From: Cetorhinus maximus
Lineage: Eukaryota
Direction: 5' to 3'
Length of the DNA: 64,000 nucleotides
Assembly: GCF_964194155.1 (NCBI RefSeq)
Contig: NC_135888.1
Location: forward strand, 102,982,001-103,046,000
This document shows, one piece after another, positions 23,571-38,290 of the stretch (the first letter of the stretch is position 1; every line of letters starts with the position of its first letter). The notes under the pieces were generated by a model. The model did no database searches, was not told the origin of the DNA, and worked only from the letters and a program-made list of their open reading frames with translations. The position numbers and the translations under genes were made by a program.

Positions 23571-26500
23571 CACCAGTGAGGTGTTCAGAATCATAGTGCT
23601 TTGTTACATCCTACACAACAATGCACAGCAAAGAAGACATTAGGCAGAGGATGATGAATACATTCATCAGGTATCTTCTGATGAGGAAAACATTGAAGAG
23701 GGGGAGGAGGATTATGAAGATGGGGCCTCGTAGGTTCAATTAATTATTCTGACTTGAACAAATAACAAATAAAAACCACCACCTGCAACCAAGCACTTAT
23801 CCCACCCCCCTTGCACAAAACAGTCCTTCAAACATGCAGACACCCATTGCATATCAGTCCAATGGATCCTGTCATGTATTGACATTCATCATGAAGCAAG
23901 TGGAAGGACAAGCTGACATTCCTGTTGCAATAATTGGTAAGAAGTGGACACGTTGCTAAGAATTACATTAAATATAGTGTCAAATAAAAAAGGAAACTTA
24001 ACAACATAAAATTTTGATGAGCACCCATGTGCATACCCTTGGTGAATTACAATTGATTTAACTGAGGCTCCTGACTGCTTCTTGTGATGTATGCTGTGCA
24101 GAGGTATGCTGCTCAGATCCAAGTCCTGATCACTAAGATGCTATTGGTAGACACCCTCTGGGTTTCAGGGCCCCTGAGTACCCTGCCAAAGTCTGGTCCA
24201 CCTGCCCCTGTGCAGACGCAAACCACTCATTTGGAGAGGAGCAGGATGTCAGGTATTGGCTGAGGTGGAAAGGAGCGATGGGTGAGAAGTAAAAGCGCTT
24301 TGAGTGGAGTTCCCATGATCCTTTTCACCATCATGCCTCTCCTGGGATAGCACCCACCATTCCAGATCAGCTTGCTGAAAATCAGTGATGTCTTGTAACG
24401 AGGGTGAATGAGTTATCTGTAATCCTGTTTAAGGTGGCAGACATGGTGGCATCTAAACTTTGCATGGCTCTGCAAATGACTTGCAAGGAATTATTTGAGA
24501 ACTGCTTGAAACCTCATGGAGGCAGCCACTTGCAATTATCAGCAACACCAATTCACCAATGTGTTGAGTTGGACTCAACCCCCCCTTCCCACCCCAACGT
24601 TTTTGCTATTGTGGAGAGTGTGCGTGGCACATCTGATAGGACCTTGAAAATTGCTAATGCACCTATAGCATTTTCCTTTTTAATGCTAGTCCCTGGGATT
24701 CAGCAACTGTGTTAAGCCGAGCAGAGTTTGGAGAGGATTGCTCTGACCCCTGCAACCCTGCATGAACCCTCCATAGCTATTCCTGCCACCAGTATCTGCT
24801 CAAACTCATTAGTGAGGTGTGGATCACCAGATGAAAACCAAATCAGCTCTCTGACTGGACCCAATTGAAGTGTGAACGTTTGTGCTGGTGCATGGCTCCA
24901 TGTCCTGTGCTGGTGCACTCTGAGAAGGAGGTCCTCTGAGGATTCAACCCCATGCATCTCTAGTGTTTCTTGCTTTAGGCATTAAGATCCTTCAAGACTA
25001 TGAATTAGTTGTGGTTAAGTAATATTCTCAGCAATCACCATACTCAATCCTCTCATAGTTCAAATTTTGATGAAATAAAGTCAACATGTATTTGTGATTC
25101 TGTCATCACTCCTACACTACATAAACTGCAGCGGTTCAAGAACGCAGCTCACCATCACCTTCTCAAGGGCTATTAGGGATGGGCAATAAATGCTGGCCCA
25201 GCCAGCGACACCACATCCCATGAACAAATTTTTAAAAATCAGCTAACTGTGAGTTCTCAGTCTCCATCTCTGATGGAGAAGAATGCAGAGGTGCCATTTA
25301 TTCCTAGGGCTTCCTGCTCTGCATCTGTAAGTTGCACAATTTGTGAAGGACCACCTCTAGTCCTTTCCTTTCTCTCTCCCTTGTGTTTTGCACTTCCTTC
25401 TGCTCAAATGGTGAAATATCAGACCAGCGAGTGATTGAAGGTTCACCCGATGGCTGCAGTGCCTACAGTGAGGATGACAGGCAGACAGAGGCACTGCACT
25501 ACAGGAGAGTTGGGGTTAGTGGCAGTTGTGGATAGATGCACTGGGAGGTGAGAAAGTGCATTGAATATGAAGGATGGGTGGCCGTGAGGAGTGATGTGAT
25601 GGAGCATGCTTGGCAAAACAAAAAGGACGTGGGGGTGGGGGGTTGGTTTACCCCACCCTGACACCCTTTCCCTGCTCAGAATGCAGGTGAATCTGCAAAT
25701 GGCCTCATTTTCCCTGACCCAGTTAGATCTGTGAACTGCTTCCTCCACTGCATCGAAGGCAGAAACGCAATGCTCCCATTGCTCACGTCCTCAGCACCTC
25801 CAACTTTACTGCCATGTAGCAGGTTTCTTTCTCCCAGTGCTGGGAATGTGCTGGGGAAAAGTATGTGCTTCCTGTTGCTGACTGCACCCAGGAGGATTTC
25901 AAGGGAAGTGTCAATGAACTTGGATGCTGCCCTCACTCTTTGTGAATCCATCATAAGCACCTCCTTACATAATGGACTTCAGATGCAGGGCACATCAACC
26001 ACTGAGCATTTTAGAGATTCAAAATCTGGAAAGAAAAATGTAATCGTGTAATTTAGCCAAAATTGAACTATCTGTCCCAATGATTTTAATTTTGTGGTTT
26101 GTGCACACAATTCCTCCCTCCCCCACTTCAAACCCACCTTTTTATTAACTGCCTGTAGTGTAGGAAGAGACATGGCGATGGACTGAAGGGTAATAAGCAA
26201 TATCAATGCAAAGCATTGCTCCAAGTTGAATTATGTATTGTACCATTTCCAAATAGAATTAGCATAAATTGATTTGTTGTGCAAACATAGCGGTTCTCAT
26301 ATCGGCAAAATATAAAGGCAAACGATACTTTAATTTAGGAAATATCCTTTTTTTAAACAGCAGTTGCTTGTGCTCCATCTGAGCCTGTAGGATGTGTAGA
26401 CTTTCAACAGCAACACTAATCAGAATATAACCCAATTGAGACCCTGGATTAGAGCGACAGGTGTTGGAACAGATAAGGACAGAAGCTGCACATAAGCCTG

Positions 26501-26737
26501 ATTGAAGTATTAAAACATTCCAAATTCCACTTTGCTTAGCCTCATATTATTTCTCCAAATGTCAACTATGTTGGTGAGGCACTCAACTTTTATCACTATT
26601 AGATAGGTGGTGAGAAATTCAGATCAATTGTGCCCATGTTTTAGGTGTTACAAGTGCCCTTAGAGCTTTAAAATCACAACAGTGGCAGCCCACTTTGGGG
26701 GTGAATTGCTATAATGCCAGATTTGTACAGATGTTGT

Positions 26738-28360
26738 TATAGAATCATGGAGCCATTAGAACACAAAACAAGGCCATTTGGCCCATTGAGTCTATGCCAG
26801 CTCTCTGTAGAGCAATCAAGTCAGCCCCATTCCCCAGTTCTATCCCCAAAGTCCTGCAAGTTTATCTCCTTAAAGTGGCCATCTAATTTCCTTTTGAAAT
26901 CATTGATTGTCTCTGCTTCTACCAAACCCCATGGGCTGCAAGTCCAGGTCATTACAACTTGCTGCATAAAAAAGCTCTCCCTCACATTCCACCTGCTTCT
27001 CTTTCCTTGAGCCTTAAACCTGCCTACCCTAGTCCTTTTACCATCAGCTACTGAGAAGTTTTTCCTTGTCTACCTTATCTAAAGCTCTATTAACTTTGTA
27101 CAGCTCTATCAAATCTCCTCTCCATCTCTTTTGCTCCAGGGATAACAACCTCAGCTTCTTCAACCTGACCTTGTGGCTAAAATCCCACATCCTTGGAAGC
27201 ATTCTGGTGAATCTCTTCTTTACTCTCTCAAGGGCTCTCATGTATTTCCTAAAGTATGACAGCCAGAACTGGGTGTAATGCTCTAGTTGCAGCCTAACTA
27301 GAACTTAATAAAGGTTCGGCATAAGTTCTCAACTTTTGTACTCAATACCTCTATTTATGAGGCCCACGATCCCATATGTTTTGCTAACTACTTTCTCAAT
27401 AAGTCCTGCCACATTCAAAGATCTATGCGCATAAACCCCCAGGTCCCTCTGATATGGCCCCCATGGAGACCAATAACACGAAAGATCCACACTTCTCAAA
27501 CCACCCCAATAGAGAAAGTTGATGGGCAAGATGTCACTTTTTAAAACCTTTACTGTAGCAATCAAATCAAAATCAACAAAATTAAACATGAGTTAACAGG
27601 AAAGTTGTATTTAATAGAAACCATAAATTATGCTTTAAATAGTTGCTACAACAAGGGTTAATATCACAGATTTCTCAGTTAGCACTCTTAGCACATATGT
27701 GGCACCATGTGCAGTCCCAAAGTCCTTCCCAGCTTTATCTTCCTACGGTAGAGTCCAACTACCCTTTGTCACCCAGGATTTGATCATCAGGTAGCCTCTG
27801 GCAACTGTTTTACTCCATCTCAGTTCCACAGATATGATCACTAACAAGGAACCTCCTTCACTCAGGTTATGACGGTCATGATGGCTGTCCCAGAGCTTTC
27901 CCAGAGTCACCTTAATCTGATCACTCAGTAACACATGGTACATGGTATCATTAGCTCTGGTAAAAAATACCCAGTTCCTTAGCGTGCCTCGACTGTTCAC
28001 TCAGTTTTTCAGAGCCTCTATCCTGTTCTGACCACAGGCTGATCTTCCAACCTGGTATATTCTTCCCAATTAGCTTCCATTTCCCTTGCAACCTACCACA
28101 GACTCCTTTCTCAGAAGTCACATGCAAGAAAACCAATTAACAAATCCCTCCAACAGAAACCTGGGCCTAGTTTTGGTTTCAGTTAGGGACAGTCTCAAAA
28201 ATATTGGAACCGTTTCAACACACATCTGAGTCTGCACACTCTTTAGAAATGTGCCATTTTGTCCATATTGCCTCTCCTTATCCCTTCTGCCAGAATTCAT
28301 CACCTCACACTTCTTTGTATTAAATTCCATTTGCCACTTGCCTGCCCATTCCGCTAACTT
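26738..28360 (-). mobile_element. CR1 LINE 3' part, interrupted by a ~780-bp LTR-like insert (27450-~28226)
   Basis: ALERVKKRFTRMLP..LLSLEQKRWRGDLIELYK, RDLGVYAHRSL and LAEWAGKWQMEFNTKKCEVM motifs; ATAGAATCAT tail. Confidence 0.75.
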
Positions 28361-30210
28361 GCCTATATTTTGTTGCAGTCGATTTGCAGTGAACATCTGC
28401 TGCATGCATGTAGAACAGACAGGTCATGATGTCAATCAGTACACAATGCTGATTTGGTGGCAGCCTGGTGCTATTTTGCCTTCTCATACAACAGAGCATG
28501 CATTCAGCAGTAGTAGGCAGCCCCAGCATCATTAAAGGGATCATCAATGACTTACAGATTAGTTACTGGTTAATTTGCTTTGTCTGCTGCATCAATTCTG
28601 CAAGTCTTTGATGCCTTCTATAGTTGTTTAAAGTTGTAAAGGCTACAGGGAGTGATGTGGCAGATGCTGAAGGGGTTATTACTGACTTCAGTACTTCTGC
28701 ACAAACCAGTTGCTGCCAATCATGAGTGCACGAGTAGGTATTCACCTTGGGAAAATGAGCAAAGGCCGTGCAATCAGGTCAGGCTGCTGGAAGAGAGAGG
28801 AATGGGAATGGGTAAAGGGCTCTCAGCCAGTGTCTCCTATAAATCTTTTCCCTTGTATGCAGCCTGTTCATTTAAGTGCATGGTACCTTTAAATGTACTT
28901 GTGTGGCTGTGAATGTGTTTATCTTAAAGGGGACAACTTGTGAGTTGCCTATGTGGTACCTTCTGGGTTGCTGCATGACTGCATGTGTGCATGTGCAGCC
29001 TACTGGGAACATTGCTCTCAGCAGGTCAAATTTGCCCATGGTCTTCAGGGAGCAATTGGCCTACCAGAACCTTAGTGAGGAACAATGTATAAGAAGTTTG
29101 CGCTTCAGTAAGAATGTCCTCACTGAAATCTGCCATTTGGTTCAGACACAACTGCAACTTCAATGCAGGACAAGAATCCATTGCCCCAGTGGCTTTGAGG
29201 TGACAATGGTGATGAACTATCATGTGTCAGGCTCCCTTAAGGCTGGAACTAGACATGTTGGCAATGTCTCCTATTTGCTGTCCACTGATGACAGAGGGAC
29301 ATCACTGGTATACTTTGTTCATTGAGATCTGACCACATTTCATTCTTTCTGACCAGAAGCAAGCAGATGAAGCTGGCTTTGCTAGAATTATAGGCTTCCC
29401 TATGCTGCAGGGTTCCATTGATTGTATACACTTCACTTTGTATGTTCTGCAAGTCAACTCTGCCCTATACTGGAATGAATGGGATTCTACATCCTCAGCA
29501 TCCAAATCTTATGTGACCATAGTCAATGAGTTGTGCAACGGCAGGAGACAGATGCCTTCATTTGGTGGCAGTCTGCTGTGCCAGTGTATTTGAGCCACCA
29601 TGGCAAATAGAGCCTTGTTACTGTAGGACAAAGCCTATTTGCTGACCACATGGATTATCACTCTGCTGCACAGCCCACGCTTGCGTGTACAACATGCACG
29701 CAATGAGAGGCATGCTGCCACATGAAATGTGATAGAGCAGACAATTGACATGCTGAAATAATGCTTCAGCTGCCTGGACTGCTCTGGAGGGCCTATGACC
29801 CTGCTAGGTCACCTCAAACAGCTTTGGGCCTAGAGAGCCTGGCATCACGCTGTACCATCTCAACATAGGCCGCAGCAGTTTTAACTTACTGACTGACAGG
29901 CAACAGCAAGGGCACTGGTAGAGTGGCTGGTTAAGAGGATGAATGTGGTCCTCCTGAGAGAGGACAACAGGTTGTGCCCTGTGGAGTATGAAATTGTGTG
30001 ATGGTGTGTCAACCTCGCCATTCTGTTCCTCAGCTGCCTGGCCAGGTTGCACCTCTTCAGTGTCTGAAAGAAGAAAAGCACAAGAGTAATGTTGTGGTAC
30101 GTGGAATAGGGCAGGGAAAATAAGCGGTGCATGTTTATACCATCTGCAGCTAGTAAATCAGAAGAGGGTGTGAGATCGGAGTGGCGGGAGGTTAGGATGT
30201 GAGAAGGAGG
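28360..30210 (+). mobile_element. Decayed Harbinger transposase
   Basis: YQNLSEEQCIRSLRFSK..EICHL; GFPMLQGSIDCIHF; DKAY; multiple frameshifts. Confidence 0.65.
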
Positions 30211-30215
30211 ATTGA

Positions 30216-31484
30216 GGGCGGAATCGTCCCAGATTGGCACTAAGTGCGGTAGTGGGCGGCTAAAACGGTTTTACTCACCGGCCGCAATGGCGGCTTTTCA
30301 CACCGTATCGTCCCAAACCCGCCGCATTCGCTATGCATTCCTGGGAAATACGCCGGTTCCATGGCGGGAAAGCTCTCATTTTCCTGCCATGCCATCACCA
30401 CCGCTTCATCAAGCCGGGTGCCATATTTAAAGTCCAACCGCACCACACATTTCAGTGCTTCCAGCCCATGGTTACTGTCGGGAAGGTGTCCACGAAAAGC
30501 AAAAAGAATGCAGCCCTTAGGTTTAGTGACACGTCACTGGAACACCTTTTGGATGCCATGGAAGCCCCCTGTGATGTCCTTTGTCCCCGCTCTGGCCGCA
30601 GGTTGGGCAACAACATTACCACTCTGGCTTGGGAGGCGGTGGCAGTGGTGATCAATGGCAATGCTGCACAGAAGAGGTTGGCCACCCAATGCAGAAAGAA
30701 GATGAATGATTCATCCGTGCTGCCAGGGTATGGCAACCATCTCATCACTCTAAACTCACACACTCAAGCCCATCACACATTCACTGGCATCTCACTCACT
30801 GCCAGCTCAAGAGACATCACCACCCGTTCTCACACACATACCCTCGCTTGTCCATCTGGCCTCATCTCCTCTGGAGGCTGCCTCCTCAGCCCTCACCATC
30901 TTGAGGCCACTTGCTCAGATCAACATGTGCCCCCACACACACACCCTGGGATACCCTCCGTCCCCAGTACAGCCCTCACCCTGCAGCCTTTTCCTTCTCC
31001 TGAGGCCACTTCTCCCCCTTTGCCAAGCATGACCTTACCCTGCAGCTGTTGAAAAGCCAGCTACATATGGCTGATCTGGTAGTTAGAGACCTCCCCCCCT
31101 AAAATTGATGTGGTGCTGTCTGTGAAACCTGGTGCCAATGACTGCGAGTGCTGACCGAAGCAAGGTAGGCAAACAAACCTTGGTGTCCTGAGTGAAGAGC
31201 AGCTCGCCAGGTGCACGTCGCTTATGTGCTGTTGCGAAACACGTTGGCGTGTTTTCCCGCCGACGTGGGCGGGGGACGATTCCGGCGGGTAGGCCTAATA
31301 ATGATATGCTGATGTATTACAATGACGTTCCCAAAATCCGATGATGGAGAATGCAGTCTAGCATCGGTGGGCTGAGTGGAAGATCGCAAACTGCTTTCAC
31401 GGCGTTGTGAAACGAATCACGCCAGATTGTCTGCTGAAACCACCGAATACGCCCAACGCTGGTGGGCACTGAAAATCCCGGCCC
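30216..31484 (+). mobile_element. Non-autonomous Harbinger derivative carrying a Myb/SANT exon (copy 1)
   Basis: TIR-like GGGCGGAAT..AAAATCCCGGCCC; RFSDTSLEHLLDAM..AWEAVA..KRLATQCRKKMND; colinear with 44865-46288. Confidence 0.75.
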
Positions 31485-34364
31485 GGGTCTGAGGAAACTG
31501 TCATCTTCCATGGTTTTAGCCTTACCACTGACCAAGGTCTCAGCAATGCCCATCCTAAGAATGGCCAGGACCATATTCTCCATGGGAGTTAGGACATGAA
31601 AGTTAGTCCTGCTGCCTCTGGTTGTGCATCACCTTGTCCTGCAGGAGTCAGAGGGTGTCGTGTGTGTCATGGTTGAATAGCTGCCAGTGTATGTAACCTG
31701 TGACCTGTGGACCTGAGGCTTGCAACAGTGCTAAATATGTGAAGGTGTGGTGTAGTGTATGAATGTCAGGTATGAGTCCTGATAGATAGAGATTGTTGGT
31801 AGGTGGGTGATGGAGTATGGTGAATTGAGCAGAGTAGAGAGTGCTTGGTAGATATAGCATTTGAAGATGCATTCATTGATCTTGGTCACTCATGCAAGGT
31901 CATTGGACTTTTTATGGCACTGTATCCAGGTGCTCAGGACTTAACTCCTGGCTTTGACCTCCATGGCTATCTGCCCCTAGTGCCTTCTGAGTGTGTTTCT
32001 GGAGGGTGTCCTGGCTCTCTAGGAATAGGGATCATCTCTCCTCCTGCCTACCTCCTCTACCAGGACTTCCAGTGCAGTGTTGGGAAAACTTGGAGCCTGC
32101 TCTCACCCTTGTAGTGTCATTCTTTAATGTTTTCTAGGTCAGATTCCCTTCCAGAATGATTGCATGCACCTGCTCCAGCCACAAGGTACTTCCCGTTTAT
32201 GAGGTGCAAGCTAGCTTTAAGTAGTGCAGGCTGGTTTTAAGTGGTGTTAGCTGCTCACAATATTGACCCTTTGTTGATACAACCAACCAATCAAAGAAGT
32301 GCAGACTGGACACTGAAATCATTGTAATGAACCCTGGTTAATTGTGCATCGCGATCCTGCACCTGTTTTCGGGTGCTGGTATTTAGCCGCCAGGAAGTCA
32401 ATTTTCTCGACAAACGTTTACAAACAGTAGGAAGGAGCAAACCTGTGTTCTCAGTTTTATTATTGGATTTTTTTTTCTAAGTGAATGAATTGGGTCCCTA
32501 TAAGAGTATACATGGGCTGAGTAATTATGAGCTATAGATTTAAAATGTATTTCCCTCAGTGGCATATGATGGATTAATGCATTCATGACATATAATCTTT
32601 TAAAGGAAATTACCTTGGAGAATTAGGCCTGGATGAGTTACAGCTACATGTTCTTCAAAGCAAATGCTAATTATAACAAATCAAAGTGTTTGAGTTTGTT
32701 CAGCGAATTTGCTATTCCCTACACTTCTTTTAAATTTATTTTAATTACGCAGTAGAAGCCATTCTTCTAACTGTTGCAGCTGAAAATCTTAGAGCACAGT
32801 ACACTTAAGGAAAAGGGAGCCTTAAAACCTCTAGCATCAAGAACCCGCTGGCCCAGGCAGATCCTCTCAACATGTCATGTAAAAAATCTCCTGCTTTGCG
32901 TAGGTAATTGTTTCAAAGTTAGTCTTTCATCCTTAAAAAACAGGACATTTTAGGACTTTATCCCCACTAGGGAGCTGCTCAGATAACCTTAGCTACAGGA
33001 GCACCAGCCTATAGATCCACAGGGAATTTTGGAATCAACATTCAGGCCAGTAAAAATCACTAATTGGGAACTTTAATTACTTGGAGGATTGCTGCTGTAC
33101 TTTTCGATTAATTTTGTTGGACTCAACACAGTCACCTTTAAATGGCCCTGACCCTGAAAAATTTGGCAGAGTCAGGTATCCTCCATTACAGTGCGTGCTA
33201 ATGCTGCTGTGCTCTGTTCTTGTACACTCCATAAACATTAAAGAGAATTCACCTCAACCTGTAGCTAAACTGGTACAATGTTATTCTCTTTAAACCTCAA
33301 ATTTATGCTGTAATGATAAGTCTAATATCTCTATTTCCCTCTAATAGGATTTAAGGTCTCTATGGACATGTGTTCTTAAAGTTATATATTTCAAAGAAAA
33401 TGTAAAAATGGTTCATCTTGATGTTCATATCAGCAGGCAGCTAGTCTTTCTAGCAGGACAGAAGGATTCAAGATATTGTTGTCCAACATAATGTCTAATT
33501 AGCCTGTGGGCCTATTAGATTCAGTAGCATCTAAAGCTGCGTTCATGGGTTCTGCTCTTTGACTTAAGGGGCAGTTGATTTTCTAAAACAGCTGTTATGT
33601 GCTGTCGTCAGCTTAAAATCTTTAAGATAAACCCTCGAGTTAGCAGCATACTTTACATTTTGGACAGCTAACTGGCCCCCTGTTAAAGCCCGGCATCTAA
33701 CGATACAAATGCGGAATCTCAGCTTGCATTTTATTGCTGGAATTATAGTGCTGCCATCCTTTTATGCAAACTGTTTCCATGAGTGATTTCAGGAGCTTAA
33801 CTAATAATACCAAAAGGCTGTTCAGAAAGACTCACTGGAATCAAAGTTGAAAATTCACAACCTTTTCTCATTTGTGATGCGATGGGGTTGGGGTCTAGTG
33901 GTGATGCAGTCACATCCTGGAGAAAATTATAGATTTTTCTAGTTTTTGAAACTGTTATTTTATTAGAAATATTTGTAGATCTCTCATTACATTATTGGTG
34001 GATAGCCTAGGCTTAAGCCAAGGGACAGAACAGTCAGATTGGAAAGGGAGCAATCATTAGTGTATCCACTTTAGCTTGTCTAATGTTTCATCATTTTTAT
34101 TTAACATAGATTGCTATTTTGTCTTCCTTCCACAGAAACATTGGAAACTCTACAGTAATCCTTTAGTACCAATTTATTCACCAATAATCCCTATACTTCC
34201 AAAAACATTGCCATTTCTCCAGAACTGTTGGCTTTTCAACTGTTTGAGAATGATGCATTTCACTAGCCATCATCCAATTTATTTTTCATTGGCAGATGAT
34301 TCCTCCTTATTGATGATTCTTATCCCAGACATGTTTCTCATTTACGGCTCAAGCTTACAAGCAT

Positions 34365-35260
34365 TGAAACATAGAATCATGCAGCACAGGAGGCCATTCA
34401 GCCCAATGTGCTTATGTTAGCTCTTTGATAGAGCTAATTAATCCCATCTCCATGCTCTTTTCCTGTAGCTCTGCAGCTTTTTCATCCTCAAATATTTTTC
34501 TAATTCTCTTTCGAAAGTTACAACTGAATCTGCTTCCACAAACAGTGCATTCCAGGTCACAACTCGCTGTGTAATAAAATGTTTCCTCATATCGCCACTG
34601 TTCTTGCAAATCACCTTAAATTTGACTTAAAACAAAAGCAGAACACATTGGATGCTGGAAATCTGAAATAAAAACAGAAAATGCTGGAAATACTCAGCAG
34701 ATCTGGCAGCATCTGTGGAGAGAAAAACAGAGATAACATTTCAGATCAAGGACCTTTCGTCAGAGCACCTTAAATTTGTGAACTTTACTTGCTGACCTTT
34801 CTGGCGTTAAAAATAGTTTCTCCTTATTGCCTCTATAAAGCCCATTTATAATTTTGAACACCTCTATCAAATCACCTCAATCTTTTCTGCTCTAAGGAGA
34901 ACAACCCCACTTTCTCCAGTCTCTCCACATCCCTGGTATCATTCTATTAAATCTCTTCTGCATTCTGTTCAAGTCCTTGACAGCCTTCCTAAAGTATGGT
35001 GCCAGAATTGAACTCAATACTCCAGCTAAGGCCTAACGAGTGTTGTTTAAAGGTTCAGCATAACCTCTTGGCTTTGTATTCTATTTTAAATAAATAAAGC
35101 CAAGGATCTCATCTTTTTAATAACAGTCTCAACTTGTCCTGTCACCGTCTAAGGTTCGTGTGCATACACCCACAACCCATCCACTCCCAGCTGCCTTTGC
35201 TCCTGCATGCTCTTTAAAATTGTACCATTTAATTCATATTCCTTCTCCTCATTCTCTTTG
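34365..35260 (-). mobile_element. CR1 3' fragment
   Basis: CATAGAATCAT tail, GGAGGCCATTCAGCCC and antisense RT C-terminus. Confidence 0.7.
34625..34765 (-). mobile_element. Solo Penelope pLTR with hammerhead core, 13-bp TSD
   Basis: CACCTTAAATTTG at 34612-34624 and 34766-34778. Minus strand begins CT-CTGACGA-AAGGTC-CTT-GATCT-GAAA-TGTT. Confidence 0.85.
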
Positions 35261-36032
35261 TGTTTCAATGCAGTGATGAACAATCAGATTAGATAATAAA
35301 TAGGACAGAATTTTCACCCCCCTTTTGAGGGCAAGATCAGAGGTGGGCAGTTGCATAATTTCATACTGACAGCTGGTGTGCCAGTTTGCTGCCACCATCC
35401 TGTCCCGGGCCATTTTCCTGGGTGGGATTGGGGCGGAAGGCTACCCTCCCGTAAGCTGCTGGTAGCCAATTAGGGTAGGTTTATGACCAATTCAGGCCTA
35501 TTATTGGAGGTCACTGGAATTTTCCAGTCAGCCTGTGGTCTCCACATGGCTTTGTGATTAGGCCTGTTGCCTGTGCGCGGCCTCCCAGTAGCAGACGGTG
35601 GACCAGCGCGCCAGGCAGATTTTGAGGCCCTCCCTGACTACCTGGCCACAGTTGCAGCCAGAGTCCACGCTGTGAAATGATTCCATCTCCACACTGTGTA
35701 GGCTGCAGCTCCTTCCCTGCTGGAGGGCCTCATGTTGGCCTTCCAGCTTTGAGTGCCTATCTGCTGTTTGTGAGCATGCCCTCTTGACTCTAATTGGCCA
35801 ATTCAGGGAAATTCACTGCAGGCTGATAGTTCCTGATACAGTGCAGGTCAGGACACTGATTTGGCACCCCGCTCCCCAACTGCCTCTCTCCCCAACCTAA
35901 AAGCATGCCGCAGACATTCCTGCAGCTCTTGGCTGTATTTGTATGGAAATGTGGGAAGATTCAGGACTGTGCATATATAGAAGCCAGGAGAATGTTGTTA
36001 CTCTGCATGTATGAAAGTTAGGTGTTACAGGG

Positions 36033-36296
36033 TGTTGGATACAATTCAGTAGGTCTGAAGAAGTCTTTGTAGTCATACATAGTTTAACTGTAAGTCTTTA
36101 TTGACTCTTAGAACTATTTACAAATATACATGAAGGGTACATGCAAGGAGTTGTCTCCATGCTTGCTGGTACACACGGCTCTGTCCAACACTAGACTGAT
36201 TCTGGGTGTGGGTCATGTGCTCTCTTACATCACTGTGTGCCCGGTACTATACTCAGTCCCAAGTTAACCCTATATGTGCCAGACTCTTATACTACA
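36033..36296 (-). mobile_element. Possible solo LTR
   Basis: TG...CA ends, minus-strand AATAAA, composition like the Gypsy LTRs at 44110 and 49874. No convincing TSD. Confidence 0.3.
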
Positions 36297-36609
36297 CTCG
36301 GAAAATAGAGTGAATGCATGTTCAAACCATTGTGAAATAAAAAGGAACAGGAAGGGGCATTGAACTTTGGATCTCACATGTAAGGAGGCGCAGAAAACTT
36401 CAAAATAAATCTCTGGAAAGGCAACACAAAACAATTTCTTGAAAGTGTAGAACAGTTTGAGAGGAAACATATTGGAGGTGGGAAGGTAAATATTTTGTTA
36501 CATAAATTTCCATTTCTTATGTTACTTTATAAGTTCCTATTTGGGAGAAAAACTCTGGAATGTTTGTTCATTGGTTCAGTTTCATTGCGGGGCCAACCGA
36601 CACATATTT

Positions 36610-38290
36610 GCCAGCTTGACAAAGGGACTGGAGTAGCCATTCTAAACAAGTGCGATTATGTTGACTGTTCTTAAAGACAGTTCCAAATTCATGTAGATTG
36701 GATCAGCCGTGAAGCATTACTGCACAGCCTGTCTCAAAATCAAGCTACAAAAACAATTATTAGACTTGTGTAAGAGTAACGAGCTGCCTTGTGATGTATA
36801 TGATAGGATTTTTCCTCATAGCTCACTACATCCAAGCATGTATGGGCTGCTGAAGACACACAAAAATTATATCCTTTTACGCCCTATTTTATCAATGACT
36901 GGTTCTGTGCAGCATGAATTGACCAAATGGTTGAGTTAGTTACTATAGCCAGTGCTTAGTGAGTTTTACATGTACATGGTGGAGGATTCGTTAAAGTTTG
37001 TGAAGACTATATGTGACCTACATATTGATAGCAACTCCTCGTCTGTGTGCTTGTTTGACATTGCGATCTTATTTATGAACGTGCTGATGAAGGAAATCAT
37101 TGACATTTGCACCATATCTCAATATCATGGCAATATAGACGCATCGACATTTTCTGAATCTGTATACATTGAACTTATGAACGTAGCAACTTGTGCAGTC
37201 GAGTTAATGACACTGTGTATGCCCAAATATATGGTGTCGCCATGGGAAACCTTCTAGATCCAGCACTTGCTAGCATTTTTGACAGTTTCCATGAAAAATG
37301 CATTTTTGATGGAATCAGCCCTACCTTAACCTATCCCGTGCTCATTTCTGATATTTATATGACACGTTTGCAACCTTTGAATCTGTGTAAGGATTTCCTT
37401 GCACACCTTAATACATTCCATCTCATGCTCAAATTTGCTTTTGAGATGGAGCTCCCGTTCCTTGATGTGTGAGTTGAGAAATCCACTAATGGGTTCTTCA
37501 CTACTGTCTATCACAAGCCTACCTTCACTGCTCAGTATTCACATTGGGATTCATATAGCTCCACATGCTGTAAGATTGGCTTTGTCAGCAATCTTGTAAA
37601 TAGGGCCCTTGCCATTTGCATACCTTGCAAGCTTTAGGCAAAAATAGAGCGCATCAAAGCTATCCTGTGGGATAATGCCTATCCTGATCAGATTATTGTT
37701 TGTTGTGTATCCTGCAAACTCACAAATGGGCCAAAGGCTGCCACTTTCGGACCTGAAAAATGCCTGGTCAACCTCAAATTACCTTGGAAAGGCAAAGTAT
37801 CTCAAAAATTTGAGCACCAGGTTAAGTAAGCCATTTCACCCTGCTACTTACTATACAATGGCTACATGAGTGGTATTTCCCACTAACAGGATGCTGCCAT
37901 CAGCCCAGAAAGATGTTCTGTCTACCATACAATTGAGCAATGTTGTGCATGAATTTCAGTGCCAGGGCACTGCCAAGTATGTAGGCCGTACATCCCAATG
38001 ATTGGCTGATCAAATCAAGCTGCATGTTCCTTCAGTTGTTTGTAATAGGCAGAGTATAGACTGTACTCAACCAGCCCAAAGGCAAAACCCAGGACAAAAC
38101 CGATACTGTTAGATGTGATTCCGTGCTTGGGCAGCACTTGCTGAACAATTCCGAGTACACTAATAGCTACACTAACAACCAAATGAAGATAATCAGTCAA
38201 ACTCATAATGTGGCTCAATTACTCTTGCTAGAAGCAATATGCATTCATATGCAGGGACCTGTTCTCTGCAAACAAAAGGAATATGTTCAA
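36610..38290 (+). pseudogene. Degenerate Penelope/Poseidon-type element (RT + GIY-YIG remnants)
   Basis: DKGTGVAIL, MYGLLKTHK..LRPILSMTGS, FDIAILF, GVAMGNLL, LPFLDV, NVVHEFQC..YVGRT, LGQHLLNN; many stops and frameshifts. Confidence 0.8.

Larger units (their letters stand above)
22860..25980. mobile_element. Decayed Harbinger element (transposase remnants +, Myb/SANT gene -) with nested CR1, PLE and LINE-tail insertions
   Basis: Transposase C-terminal remnant at 22930-23010; Myb-like KFIDTSLEILLGAVSNRKHILFP at 25676-25960 (-); LINE tail at 25125-25238. Confidence 0.5.
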
